A stretch of DNA of 26,358 nt, taken from NCBI GenBank assembly GCA_964395745.1, contig CAYNAX010000001.1, positions 3,568 to 29,925 on the forward strand, in the 5' to 3' direction. The position numbers and the translations under genes are program-made. Source of the DNA: an uncultured Candidatus Saccharibacteria bacterium (lineage in GTDB: Bacteria > Patescibacteriota > Minisyncoccia > Minisyncoccales > PEYH01). Under the pieces are notes generated by a model. That model made no database searches, was not told where the DNA came from, and was given only the letters and a program-made list of their open reading frames with translations. How positions within the stretch are numbered: position 1 is the stretch's first letter; each line of letters begins with the position of its first letter. Positions 1-8,181 of this stretch are shown here, piece by piece.

Positions 1-28
1 GAGCAATTTCTTTCTGAAGAAATTGCTC
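1..28 (-). terminator. Perfect 12-bp inverted repeat downstream of tyrS, probable intrinsic terminator
   Basis: gagcaatttctt (1-12) is the reverse complement of aagaaattgctc (17-28), with a 4-nt loop. It lies ~30 nt past the tyrS stop. Any U-tract would be outside the window. Confidence 0.55.
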
Positions 29-55
29 AGTTTATAGTTTATAGTTTATAGTTTA
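29..55. repeat. Heptamer tandem repeat (AGTTTAT)x~3.9
   Basis: agtttat at 29-35, 36-42 and 43-49, plus agttta at 50-55, between the tyrS stop and the hairpin. Confidence 0.9.
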
Positions 56-58
56 AGA

Positions 59-1273
59 TCAATCCGGGTAGTCATTGAAGGTCATTTTGGCAAACTTTAA
101 CTTACCAACCTGAACAATCATTCCTTCTTTTACCTTCACAATCTTTTTCCAATCTTTTTGCACCTTACCATCTATTTTTACCCCTCCTTGAGTTATCAAT
201 CTTTTGGCTTCACTTTTAGATTTAGCAAAACCCAACCCCACTAAAAGATCAACTATTGAATATTCCTTTTGGGGAGCAAAAAATTTTTTCATCTTTTCTG
301 GCTCTCTCTTCTCTCTAAAAACTCTAATAAATTCTTTCTCTGCTTGACGGGCTTTATTTTTGCCATAATAAAACGAAACTATCTCAAAAGCCAAACGGGC
401 TTTCACATCTCTGGGATTTATCTTACCCTCTTTTAATTTTTCTTCAACTTCTTTTATTTCTTTAAGAGGAAGGGTGGTGCATAGTTCAAAATACAGAGGA
501 ATCAATTCATCTCGCATAGACATTATCTTGCCATACATAGTATGAGGATCTTCAACAATACTTATCATATTATCCCAACTTGTAGACATCTTACGCCCGT
601 CCAGGCCGGGTAGCATTTTTAGAGTAATAATGTCTTGGGGTTCTTGATTATAAATTTCTTGTAAAATTCTGCCCATTTTTAAATTAAACAGTTGATCATA
701 TCCTCCCAATTCTATGTCTGCTTCAACCATCACTGAATCATAACCCTGAAGTATTGGGTAAATAATTTCCGGTAAATAAATTGGTTGCTTTTTTGTCCAT
801 CTCTGTTTAAAGTTCCTTCGATGCACCAATTGTTGAACAGAAAAATTATTGGCCATCTTAAGAAAATCTTCTAGTTTCATTTTTGAAAACCACTCCGAAT
901 TATATCTAATCTCTGCCTTCTTTATATCTAAAATCTTGGAAAATTGCTTTAGATAATTACTCATATTTGCTTTGATTTCCTCCGACGTTAGCCCTTTTCT
1001 GCCCTCCGGTTTGTCAGAAGGATCGCCAATACGGGCGGTAAAATCACCAATAATTATAACCACTTTGTGGCCCAAGTCTTGAAATGCTCTCAATTTTAAA
1101 AGTTGAGCCGCTCTTCCTAAATGAATATTTGGCCCTGTGGGATCAACTCCGTGCTTAACTCTTAAAGGTTTTTGGGAGAGAAGTTTTTTTGCAAGATGTT
1201 CTCTGTCAATAATTTTTTCTACTCCTTTTTCTAAAATTTCTTTTATTTTATCGTCTTTGATTTTTGTCTTCAT
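59..1273 (-). CDS. tyrS: Tyrosine--tRNA ligase
   Basis: Class I synthetase motifs GVDPTGPNIHLG (HIGH-like) and KMSTS (KMSKS-like), YPILQGYD and GGYDQLFN, and a C-terminal S4-like domain (SKSEAKRLITQGGVKIDG). Confidence 0.97.
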   Translation of the reverse strand: MKTKIKDDKIKEILEKGVEKIIDREHLAKKLLSQKPLRVKHGVDPTGPNIHLGRAAQLLKLRAFQDLGHKVVIIIGDFTARIGDPSDKPEGRKGLTSEEIKANMSNYLKQFSKILDIKKAEIRYNSEWFSKMKLEDFLKMANNFSVQQLVHRRNFKQRWTKKQPIYLPEIIYPILQGYDSVMVEADIELGGYDQLFNLKMGRILQEIYNQEPQDIITLKMLPGLDGRKMSTSWDNMISIVEDPHTMYGKIMSMRDELIPLYFELCTTLPLKEIKEVEEKLKEGKINPRDVKARLAFEIVSFYYGKNKARQAEKEFIRVFREKREPEKMKKFFAPQKEYSIVDLLVGLGFAKSKSEAKRLITQGGVKIDGKVQKDWKKIVKVKEGMIVQVGKLKFAKMTFNDYPD

Positions 1274-1297
1274 AGAAATTTATATATAAACGATGAG

Positions 1298-1370
1298 TGC
1301 CCCCACCAGGACTCGAACCTGGATCCCAGGCTTAGAAGGCCCGTGCTCTATCCAGTTGAGCTATGGGGGC
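1298..1370 (-). tRNA. tRNA-Arg (anticodon UCU); CCA not encoded
   Basis: The reverse complement folds into a cloverleaf: acceptor GCCCCCA/TGGGGGC, D-arm GCTC-AACTGGATA-GAGC, anticodon arm CGGGC-CTTCTAA-GCCTG, T-arm CCAGG-TTCGAGT-CCTGG, discriminator A followed by CTC rather than CCA. Confidence 0.96.
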
Positions 1371-1391
1371 AAAGTGATTTCAAACTAGTTT

Positions 1392-1420
1392 ATACTACTT
1401 AAAAAGAAACTATTAATCAA
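1392..1420 (-). promoter_or_regulatory. Putative sigma70 promoter for tRNA-Arg/tyrS
   Basis: Minus strand TTGATT (1420-1415), N17, TAGTAT (1397-1392), ~21 nt upstream of the tRNA 5' end. Confidence 0.55.
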
Positions 1421-1742
1421 GGGGGTGGGGAGGCAGAGGAGCAAAAACCTCTTTATATTCTTCTTGTTCGGCTCTCCAAAATTCTTCTTGCCGCTTTCTC
1501 GAATATTCTAAAAATTTACTATACTCTTTTTCATTTATCTTCGCCGTAGGGACAATTATGGATTTATTTTCTTTTTCTGTAATTTCAATATAGCGCCAAA
1601 GATAAAGACAAATAAACCCTGTAAGCAAAATGGAAAGCAGAGCAAAAATCAAAAAATCATGCCTAGCGACAAAATATGCTGCCTGACTCAAAATTTTCTT
1701 TGCTTTTTGTTTATTGAAAGAAATTTTTTTTCTAAAAAACAT
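1413..1742 (-). CDS. Small single-pass membrane protein, last gene of the pilus operon (PilP position)
   Basis: One hydrophobic segment (FLIFALLSILLTGFICLYLW), overlapping the pilO end. The ATG at 1742 is preferred over the TTG at 1769. No lipobox is seen. Confidence 0.65.
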   Translation of the reverse strand: MFFRKKISFNKQKAKKILSQAAYFVARHDFLIFALLSILLTGFICLYLWRYIEITEKENKSIIVPTAKINEKEYSKFLEYSRKRQEEFWRAEQEEYKEVFAPLPPHPLD

Positions 1743-2283
1743 AAACTTTAATAAAAATATCTTCCACAATATATGTTTCTTTCTCTTTTGTTTGTTCTAA
1801 AGACAAGGAAACAGTAGAAACATTAATTATCCACTGGCTGGTTTCTAATTTCCTTAAAAATTGAAGCAGGGGTGTTAATTTTTTGCTTCTTAACCGTATT
1901 TTATAGCCCACAAATTCCCTGAAATCTCTATCTGTTTTTTGAATTTTCGTTGGGGAAATCTCTATCTCAAGCCCTAAATTTTCGGCCCATTGTTCTAACG
2001 ATTGCGTAAAACTCAAGGGGATTTCTCTATCAATAAAAAGATTGTCACTAACTAATTTTTCCATTTTATCAAGATTCTCTTTATATTCACCATAACTTTT
2101 CTCCAGGGCATGAAAATTGCTTACTTTTTGTTCAATGGTCGATATCTCTGCTTTCGTTTTCATATACTCTTGAATAATTGATTTCAGTTCTGGAAAAGAA
2201 CGGCCTAGAGCATACCAAGAAACCGCAAACGCTATTGCTATAAAAAGGGTTATTATTAAATTGTTTTTTGTTCTATTTTCCAT
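1732..2283 (-). CDS. pilO: Type IV pilus assembly protein PilO-like
   Basis: N-terminal TM helix, then a coiled coil and a ferredoxin-like C-terminus (LLQFLRKLETSQWIINVSTVSL). It follows pilM-pilN. Confidence 0.75.
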   Translation of the reverse strand: MENRTKNNLIITLFIAIAFAVSWYALGRSFPELKSIIQEYMKTKAEISTIEQKVSNFHALEKSYGEYKENLDKMEKLVSDNLFIDREIPLSFTQSLEQWAENLGLEIEISPTKIQKTDRDFREFVGYKIRLRSKKLTPLLQFLRKLETSQWIINVSTVSLSLEQTKEKETYIVEDIFIKVYVF

Positions 2284-2806
2284 ACTTAAAATCTAAACGA
2301 AATGTTACATCCTTGGTTTTTAAAAATCCAAGGATTTCGATTTCTACCTTTTCAAAGATTGCGCTTTCCTTTAATTTATCTCTATATTTCTCCAAAGATT
2401 CTAGGTTTTTAGCGTATCCCAAAAGATACCCTTTTCCTGTCTCCGGACTAAAATTAAAACCTTGAACTGACATTCCGGGTTCAAAATAAAAAGTCAAAGT
2501 TTTGAAAATCTCTGTTGTAAATATTTGGTTCTGATAAAATCTGTTTATTTGTTTAAAGGTAGAGTTCAGTTTTGAAATTCTTTTCTCTAGTTGATTTACC
2601 TGAAAAAGATCTACTTTCTTTTCTGCAAGTTCTATTTTTGCTTCTTCTAAATAGCTATTGGCTTTTATTTCAAAGACGAAAATCAAAAGCAGGAGAAAAA
2701 TTAGCAAAAATAAACAGATGCTTCCAATCACCAAAATCAGGCGAAGTTTTTTTTCTTCGTTTCTCTGTTGTAATTCTATTTTGGGAAGTAAATTAATATA
2801 ATTCAT
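2273..2806 (-). CDS. pilN: Type IV pilus assembly protein PilN
   Basis: N-terminal INLLP PilM-binding motif, then a TM helix and a coiled coil. It overlaps the pilM end. Confidence 0.88.
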   Translation of the reverse strand: MNYINLLPKIELQQRNEEKKLRLILVIGSICLFLLIFLLLLIFVFEIKANSYLEEAKIELAEKKVDLFQVNQLEKRISKLNSTFKQINRFYQNQIFTTEIFKTLTFYFEPGMSVQGFNFSPETGKGYLLGYAKNLESLEKYRDKLKESAIFEKVEIEILGFLKTKDVTFRLDFKYGK

Positions 2807-3887
2807 TTTCCTGTGCTGCTCTTAATGCTAACCCGATGGCATTAGTGTATTCTAGGGCTTGGTCTTTGGGGAAATTGTTTAAAACTTCAACATTAACTAA
2901 AGGATCTGCTAAATATGTGGGCAAACCAAACTCCTCTTGAAAATATTCTTTTAAGCCCTTCATTTTTGCCCCACCACCGGTTAACAATATTTTTTCTATT
3001 TTAATTCCGTTTACAAAGCTTGGGTCTTTCTGGGCTCTTGTATGATAGTAATCTATGTATTTTTTAATCTGCTCTGTAAGATCAGTGAGTGGAGGAATAA
3101 TTGCTTCAAAAGTCTCTTGCGCCTTCTTTGTTTTTTTTAAAATACCATATTTAATTTTCATCTTCTCTGCTTCTTGAGGATCAACCTTAAGGACCTTGCT
3201 GATGGATTTTGTAAAACTTCCTGAGGAAACAGGAATAGAGGTAGTAAACCTTAAAGAAGTACCAGAAAATATCATAAAACCTGTTCGGGTAGTTCCTATA
3301 TCTAAAATGAGAGAGGGAGGAAACTTTTCTTTTTTTTGGTCGAAAATAGCCCTAACGGTTGACTGTGATTCTGTCTCTAACGATATGGGTTTTAGACCTG
3401 CCAACTTCAAAGATTTCACACACTTATCAACAACCTTTTTTGGTAAGGCAACAAGCAATATATATGTTTTGTCTTTTTGAGTGTTTTCTATTATTACCTC
3501 CTGACAATCAAGATACACATCTTCAACTGAATAAGGAATGTATTTTTCTGCCTCAAAACGAATTGCTTGCTTTGCCTCCCTTTCTGTCATTTTTGGTAAA
3601 ATAATTACCTGAGAAAAAGTTTTCTCCTCTGGCAAACAAGCAACAACATAAGGAGAGGATATTTTTTTTCCTTTAACATTTTTTATTAGTTTCTTTATTA
3701 AAAGAGAGAGTTTCTCCGGCTCTTTTATTTCACCTGCCTTAACAATACCCGGGGGAACATCAACACGACCAAAACTAACAAGCACATTTTTCTTTCTTCT
3801 TTTTTCAATTTGAACAAGCTTAAGAGACCTGTCTGAGATATCCAAGCCAAAACTTTTTATTTTAAGGTTTAGTATATTGACAAGCAT
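2793..3887 (-). CDS. pilM: Type IV pilus assembly protein PilM (actin-like fold)
   Basis: GLDISDRSLKLVQ, AIRFEAEKYIPY, LILDIG and ILLTGGGAKMKGL motifs. Confidence 0.95.
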   Translation of the reverse strand: MLVNILNLKIKSFGLDISDRSLKLVQIEKRRKKNVLVSFGRVDVPPGIVKAGEIKEPEKLSLLIKKLIKNVKGKKISSPYVVACLPEEKTFSQVIILPKMTEREAKQAIRFEAEKYIPYSVEDVYLDCQEVIIENTQKDKTYILLVALPKKVVDKCVKSLKLAGLKPISLETESQSTVRAIFDQKKEKFPPSLILDIGTTRTGFMIFSGTSLRFTTSIPVSSGSFTKSISKVLKVDPQEAEKMKIKYGILKKTKKAQETFEAIIPPLTDLTEQIKKYIDYYHTRAQKDPSFVNGIKIEKILLTGGGAKMKGLKEYFQEEFGLPTYLADPLVNVEVLNNFPKDQALEYTNAIGLALRAAQENELY

Positions 3888-3888
3888 T

Positions 3889-4854
3889 TTACTTAAAGAA
3901 ATTTTCTTTAATGGTTTGAATAACTGGTGTTAAGCCTATTCTTGTTGCTTCCTTTAGTAAAGAATTTCGAGCAATTTTTTCGGCTATCGGAGGGCTATAT
4001 TTATAATATAATTCTATCAACTCTTTCCCAAGAGGTGTTTTTTCTAAATATTCGTCTCGGAATTTTCGCAAAATTACCACATCTTGCTCTAATGGAGAAC
4101 CATAAGCAGCCGTGGCAATAAAACAACCTCTCCCACCACTACCACCTCCGCCACAACCTCCTCCGCACTTCTCTTCAACTATAAAACTGCAACTGGTGCT
4201 GGAGGGTAAATAATAACCATCTCCCAGAAATTCTGTTTTTAGAGTGTAGGTTCCCGGAGCAATATTAAGCTTTAAATTTTTACTTGCTGTCCCTGAAGAA
4301 TTGGTCGTAGCGCTGGTTTGAAGGGAACCTAATTTGAACCTTATACTTTTGCCAGAAAGGTTTCCAATTTCATCGTCAACTTCTGAAAGAGTAGCACTTA
4401 AGGTTATTGTAGAATCTTCTGTACCTGAAAGAGGACCGGTATAAGAAATAGAAGTATCTTCTTTCTTAACCTGAAACTGAACTGTATCAGAGGAACCATA
4501 ATAGACATCATCTCCTTCAAAAATAATCAAAAGATCATAATTGCCTGAATTTTGGCTAAGTTTAATATCGGCTTGGGCTATTCCCTGACTATTTGTTGTT
4601 GCGCTTACCTCTTGGGTGCCTAAAATAAACTTTATTGTTTTGCCTAATAAAGGGTTGCCGCTTTCTTGTTCTATCAACTGCCCGGAAAGAATAACATAAT
4701 CAGAATACTGACCCTCTGTTGCTCCTTGATATTGAATATCAGTGTTAATTCTTGTTTCTTGAACAGATGAGGGGGTCAAAAAATAAGAATAAATTATCAG
4801 TGGTAAAAAGATTGTTAGTCCAAAAAAGATGAGAAAAAAATGTTTTTTTGACAT
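3889..4854 (-). CDS. Exported protein: N-terminal TM/signal, two tandem Ig-like repeats, Gly/Cys linker, CFI-box-CTERM-like domain
   Basis: Hydrophobic aa 6-26. Repeats at aa ~36-130 and ~131-227 share T.I.Y.G, L.GK.I.F.LG, SATTNS.G.A and G.Y.L...F.GD..Y..SS. Then KCGGGCGGGGSGGRG and GCFIATAAYGS..V..LR.FRD.YL..T.LG...I..YY..SPPIA. Confidence 0.85.
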   Translation of the reverse strand: MSKKHFFLIFFGLTIFLPLIIYSYFLTPSSVQETRINTDIQYQGATEGQYSDYVILSGQLIEQESGNPLLGKTIKFILGTQEVSATTNSQGIAQADIKLSQNSGNYDLLIIFEGDDVYYGSSDTVQFQVKKEDTSISYTGPLSGTEDSTITLSATLSEVDDEIGNLSGKSIRFKLGSLQTSATTNSSGTASKNLKLNIAPGTYTLKTEFLGDGYYLPSSTSCSFIVEEKCGGGCGGGGSGGRGCFIATAAYGSPLEQDVVILRKFRDEYLEKTPLGKELIELYYKYSPPIAEKIARNSLLKEATRIGLTPVIQTIKENFFK

Positions 4855-4868
4855 AATCCCTAAAAAGT

Positions 4869-6245
4869 TTATTCACTTACTTTTACTTCTTCCCACTTCA
4901 CTATTCTATAATTACCTGTGGCAGGAAAATAAGGAGGTGGGTTATATGCAAGGTTTGGCCTATAAGACATCTCTGTGTTTTTGTAACCTGATATTATTTT
5001 CCCTGTTTCGTCAACCCAGGTAAAAGTCCAGGTTTTATTGGTAATAATAGATCCTTCTATCTTAATAGAATTTCTTAAATTATAGGGGGCGTACCACCAA
5101 GGATAATAATATCTAATAACTCTTCCGTTCTGTGCCATCATTGCTGCTTTAACTGTTAAATCGTCCGGGGCGTAAAGAGGAATAACGATATCTTTTTGTG
5201 CAATTAAACCCAAAACTGAGTTTATTCCTGCATAATCTATATTACCATTAATTATAATTTTTTTCATCGTATTTGGGGTTTCAGGAAGTTTAGCCGCTAC
5301 AACTGTTGCCCTGCCATTAATTGTTCCATCAATCCAAACATTGTCTTCCACAAATATAGGTCCACAGTTTGAGGGTAAACTGTAGGTTGCATAAAGTTCA
5401 ACTGTGTCAAAATCATTGCTTTCATGTACCCAATCCTCACCATTATATCCCCAAACCTTTTGTTTAAGTTTTTTTATTTTATAAACATCGAGGGTGCCAT
5501 CTGAATTAAAGTGTAGATAATAACCCAAACCAAGATTGGGAAGATAAATTCCTCTTGTTTTGGCTTCGTTTTTCAGGTACGCTAAATCGTTTGAAATGGA
5601 ATCAAAATCAATTGGGCTTACTGGAAATTCCCACAATCCTAAATCTTTCCCGGGTCCCTCTCCCCAAATTCCTGGCTTCTCTTGGGGAGGAGAACAACCA
5701 TGTTCTTCTCCGCAAAGATACGTATCTTTGGCTGAAGTAGAAAGAGCATTCTGACTGCCATCCATTCTTATTCCACCGTTTGAATGAGATGGCCCTTTTA
5801 CTGCTTCGTTTTCTCCAAACCAAATATTAGAATTGCTTAAAAACGCGTAAGAAGTTATACTGTTTTTCATTAAGGTAATCTTAACAGCCCTTTTTCTGTC
5901 AGGAAAATCATTGGTCCAGCCGGTAGAAATAATCTTAATTCCCGGGCTGCACGCTGTTTCTTCTTCTATTGATAATTGATAATACCCGATTATATCTCCT
6001 GAAGTATTTTTGTAGTTATAGATTCCTGAAAAAGAAAAATCGTTAGGCCAATGATTAATGTGCCACTTAGCGAAATCTATTCCTGCTTCCGCGATATGAA
6101 GACTTTCTTCATACGCTGCTTTTTCTAAAGAAAGTTTGTGTTGAAATAAAAGAAAACTTAATACTCCCCCAAAAGATATCAAAAACACTCCTCCAAAAAT
6201 GAGAACAAAAATAACCAAAGAACCCTTTTGAAAAATCTGTTTCAT
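4869..6245 (-). CDS. PilX-like minor pilin with a large C-terminal domain
   Basis: Class III-like signal QKG|SLVIFVLIF lacking Glu5 (typical of PilX/GspK), followed by A...AEAGIDFA. Located in the pilus operon. Confidence 0.8.
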   Translation of the reverse strand: MKQIFQKGSLVIFVLIFGGVFLISFGGVLSFLLFQHKLSLEKAAYEESLHIAEAGIDFAKWHINHWPNDFSFSGIYNYKNTSGDIIGYYQLSIEEETACSPGIKIISTGWTNDFPDRKRAVKITLMKNSITSYAFLSNSNIWFGENEAVKGPSHSNGGIRMDGSQNALSTSAKDTYLCGEEHGCSPPQEKPGIWGEGPGKDLGLWEFPVSPIDFDSISNDLAYLKNEAKTRGIYLPNLGLGYYLHFNSDGTLDVYKIKKLKQKVWGYNGEDWVHESNDFDTVELYATYSLPSNCGPIFVEDNVWIDGTINGRATVVAAKLPETPNTMKKIIINGNIDYAGINSVLGLIAQKDIVIPLYAPDDLTVKAAMMAQNGRVIRYYYPWWYAPYNLRNSIKIEGSIITNKTWTFTWVDETGKIISGYKNTEMSYRPNLAYNPPPYFPATGNYRIVKWEEVKVSE

Positions 6246-6249
6246 AAAA

Positions 6250-6840
6250 CTAATCTTCTTTTAGATTTCTTAATAAAACATCTGTTTCTAACACAAAATT
6301 TTGGGGTGGGCGAGCAGGATTTACATTTACTACTAAATACACTCTCATTCTTTTTGTGTTTTTAAGATTGGCAGGAGGACCAAGTTCGTTTCCGTCTTTA
6401 TCAAAATAACGAAATATTGGAGGAGCATTTCTAACATATTGAGTTAAAGTAATTACTCGCTCCGAACTACTTGGATAACTAACCGGACAACATTGCGGCT
6501 CAATAATCCCTTTTTTAAAATTAGTTCCTTCTAAAAAATATCTTATTTTTTCCGTCTCTCCATCGTTATCAATATCGGAAAAAAAAGAAAATTCAAACCC
6601 TTCGGCTCTAACAATTGGAAAAGATCCGTCCTCTCCGGCCCGAGCCTCTCTGATTTCCTTCGCCATTGTTTCAATACCTCTTTGTGCCTCCTCAATACTT
6701 AATGCTTGCTGAAAAGTATAATCCTTGCCAAAATATCCAAACTCAACCAAACTAAAAACTGTTGTTGCTCCTAAAAGAAATATTAAAACTGCCAAGCCTG
6801 CTTCAATTAAAGTAAAACCTTTTCTTTTTCTGTTAATCAT
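6250..6840 (-). CDS. Prepilin-type minor pilin (PilW/GspJ-like)
   Basis: KRKG|FTLIE prepilin cleavage/methylation motif, hydrophobic helix, AQRGIETMAKEIREA. Confidence 0.88.
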   Translation of the reverse strand: MINRKRKGFTLIEAGLAVLIFLLGATTVFSLVEFGYFGKDYTFQQALSIEEAQRGIETMAKEIREARAGEDGSFPIVRAEGFEFSFFSDIDNDGETEKIRYFLEGTNFKKGIIEPQCCPVSYPSSSERVITLTQYVRNAPPIFRYFDKDGNELGPPANLKNTKRMRVYLVVNVNPARPPQNFVLETDVLLRNLKED

Positions 6841-8171
6841 ATTGGGGCCAAATAAATCTCTTTTGTTATTTCTCCTGAAACATAGAAGGTTTCTGTGTAA
6901 GAATTATATCCCTCCATCTGAATTTCTAAAGTATAGTTTCCTTCTTCTAAGGGTATAAAAAGGCTTTCTCCTTGAGAGTTTGTGGGTATGGTCTGGTCGT
7001 ATCCTGTACTGTTATAAAGACGAGTTGAAACAGAAAAAACCGGATCGCCCGTCGAAGCATCATAAACTTTAACCAGGCAGGAGTTCTGCGCTCCTAAAAT
7101 AAGCCGCACATCTTTTGTTTCTCCAGGCAATAAATCTATAGGCTGTGTCGTAGGTGTCCCGGGGGGTGATTCTACTCCTATAAGTTGAAGGTCCTCGGGT
7201 GAAAGTATGGAAAAATTATAAGAGTCCCATTCTAAATTCGAGATTTCTAATAAACCTGAGCTGTCTGTTTGCAAAATTTCATCTGTCTTATATACGGGAT
7301 CTCCAGAAGCATCTGTGCCTATGATCTTTTCTCCTTGTAGACGAAATTCAACATTCCCAATAGGAGGATATCCGTTTTCTTCAGAGCCTACAGTGCTAAC
7401 ATTCATTATTCCCAATAAATCTATTTCAAAACCTATCTCTGTGGTTTGATTATTAAAAACACTTACATGGGGTTTAAGAGGATTAGCAATTTCATCTTCT
7501 CCATATGTTCGATCTGTACTGTAACCTGTCTTGGTAACAGTAATCTGATAACTTTCAGTGCTTTCAGGCAAACCCAAAAGCACTAAATTACCCTGGCTAT
7601 CAGTCAGATAGTTAGCATCTATAATAGGGTCTACCTGATCATTATATATGTGAACTTCGGCGTTGGAGACGCCCTGATTCTCTGCGTCTTTTACATTAAT
7701 AGAAAGAATTCCCCCTCCAACACTTTCTTCTACGGTGGCAGGAACAATATCTGTAGCAAACAATACTTCTCCTGAATTTTCCCCTGCCCATGATACTCTT
7801 ACTTCTGCTTTTTTATAATCTGTTGGAGTAGAATCATCAGGAGATAATCCATCAGAAGGATCATCTACATAAACTATAGTGGTTTTAACAGTAAACTCCC
7901 CACCATTATAAGTTTTGATTTCTTCTTGAGGCACTGGACCAGAAGGTACCCCGCCTGTCGTTCCTACATTTTCGTAAGATAGGCTTCTAATCTCTTCAAT
8001 TCTTTGGTTTGCCAAAAAAATTGCTGTTGATCTTAATTTAGATTGAGCAACTACTTTTACGCTCAAAATATACATCCCCACAATTCCCCAAAAAACAATC
8101 CCGATCAGACCAATCCCTATAATGCTTTCTACCAAACTCATCCCTTTTTGGCTGTAGTAAAGCTTTAACAT
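6837..8171 (-). CDS. Prepilin-type minor pilin (PilV-like) fused to three carboxypeptidase-regulatory-like beta-sandwich domains
   Basis: QKG|MSLVE motif and A..LANQRIEEIRSLSY. Three repeats of the V.D.....V..A.V / TDS.G / Y...I...GY pattern. The ATG at 8171 is preferred over the TTG at 8198. Confidence 0.82.
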   Translation of the reverse strand: MLKLYYSQKGMSLVESIIGIGLIGIVFWGIVGMYILSVKVVAQSKLRSTAIFLANQRIEEIRSLSYENVGTTGGVPSGPVPQEEIKTYNGGEFTVKTTIVYVDDPSDGLSPDDSTPTDYKKAEVRVSWAGENSGEVLFATDIVPATVEESVGGGILSINVKDAENQGVSNAEVHIYNDQVDPIIDANYLTDSQGNLVLLGLPESTESYQITVTKTGYSTDRTYGEDEIANPLKPHVSVFNNQTTEIGFEIDLLGIMNVSTVGSEENGYPPIGNVEFRLQGEKIIGTDASGDPVYKTDEILQTDSSGLLEISNLEWDSYNFSILSPEDLQLIGVESPPGTPTTQPIDLLPGETKDVRLILGAQNSCLVKVYDASTGDPVFSVSTRLYNSTGYDQTIPTNSQGESLFIPLEEGNYTLEIQMEGYNSYTETFYVSGEITKEIYLAPI

Positions 8172-8181
8172 TTTAGAGGTT

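Noticed and set aside
29-55. CRISPR array
   Set aside because: Repeats are 7 bp, contiguous and without spacers. No cas genes are present. The same applies to the 8-mer at 12505-12528.
1298-1420. Prophage or island integration at tRNA-Arg
   Set aside because: No integrase, no duplicated tRNA 3' end, and the flanking genes are housekeeping or pilus genes.
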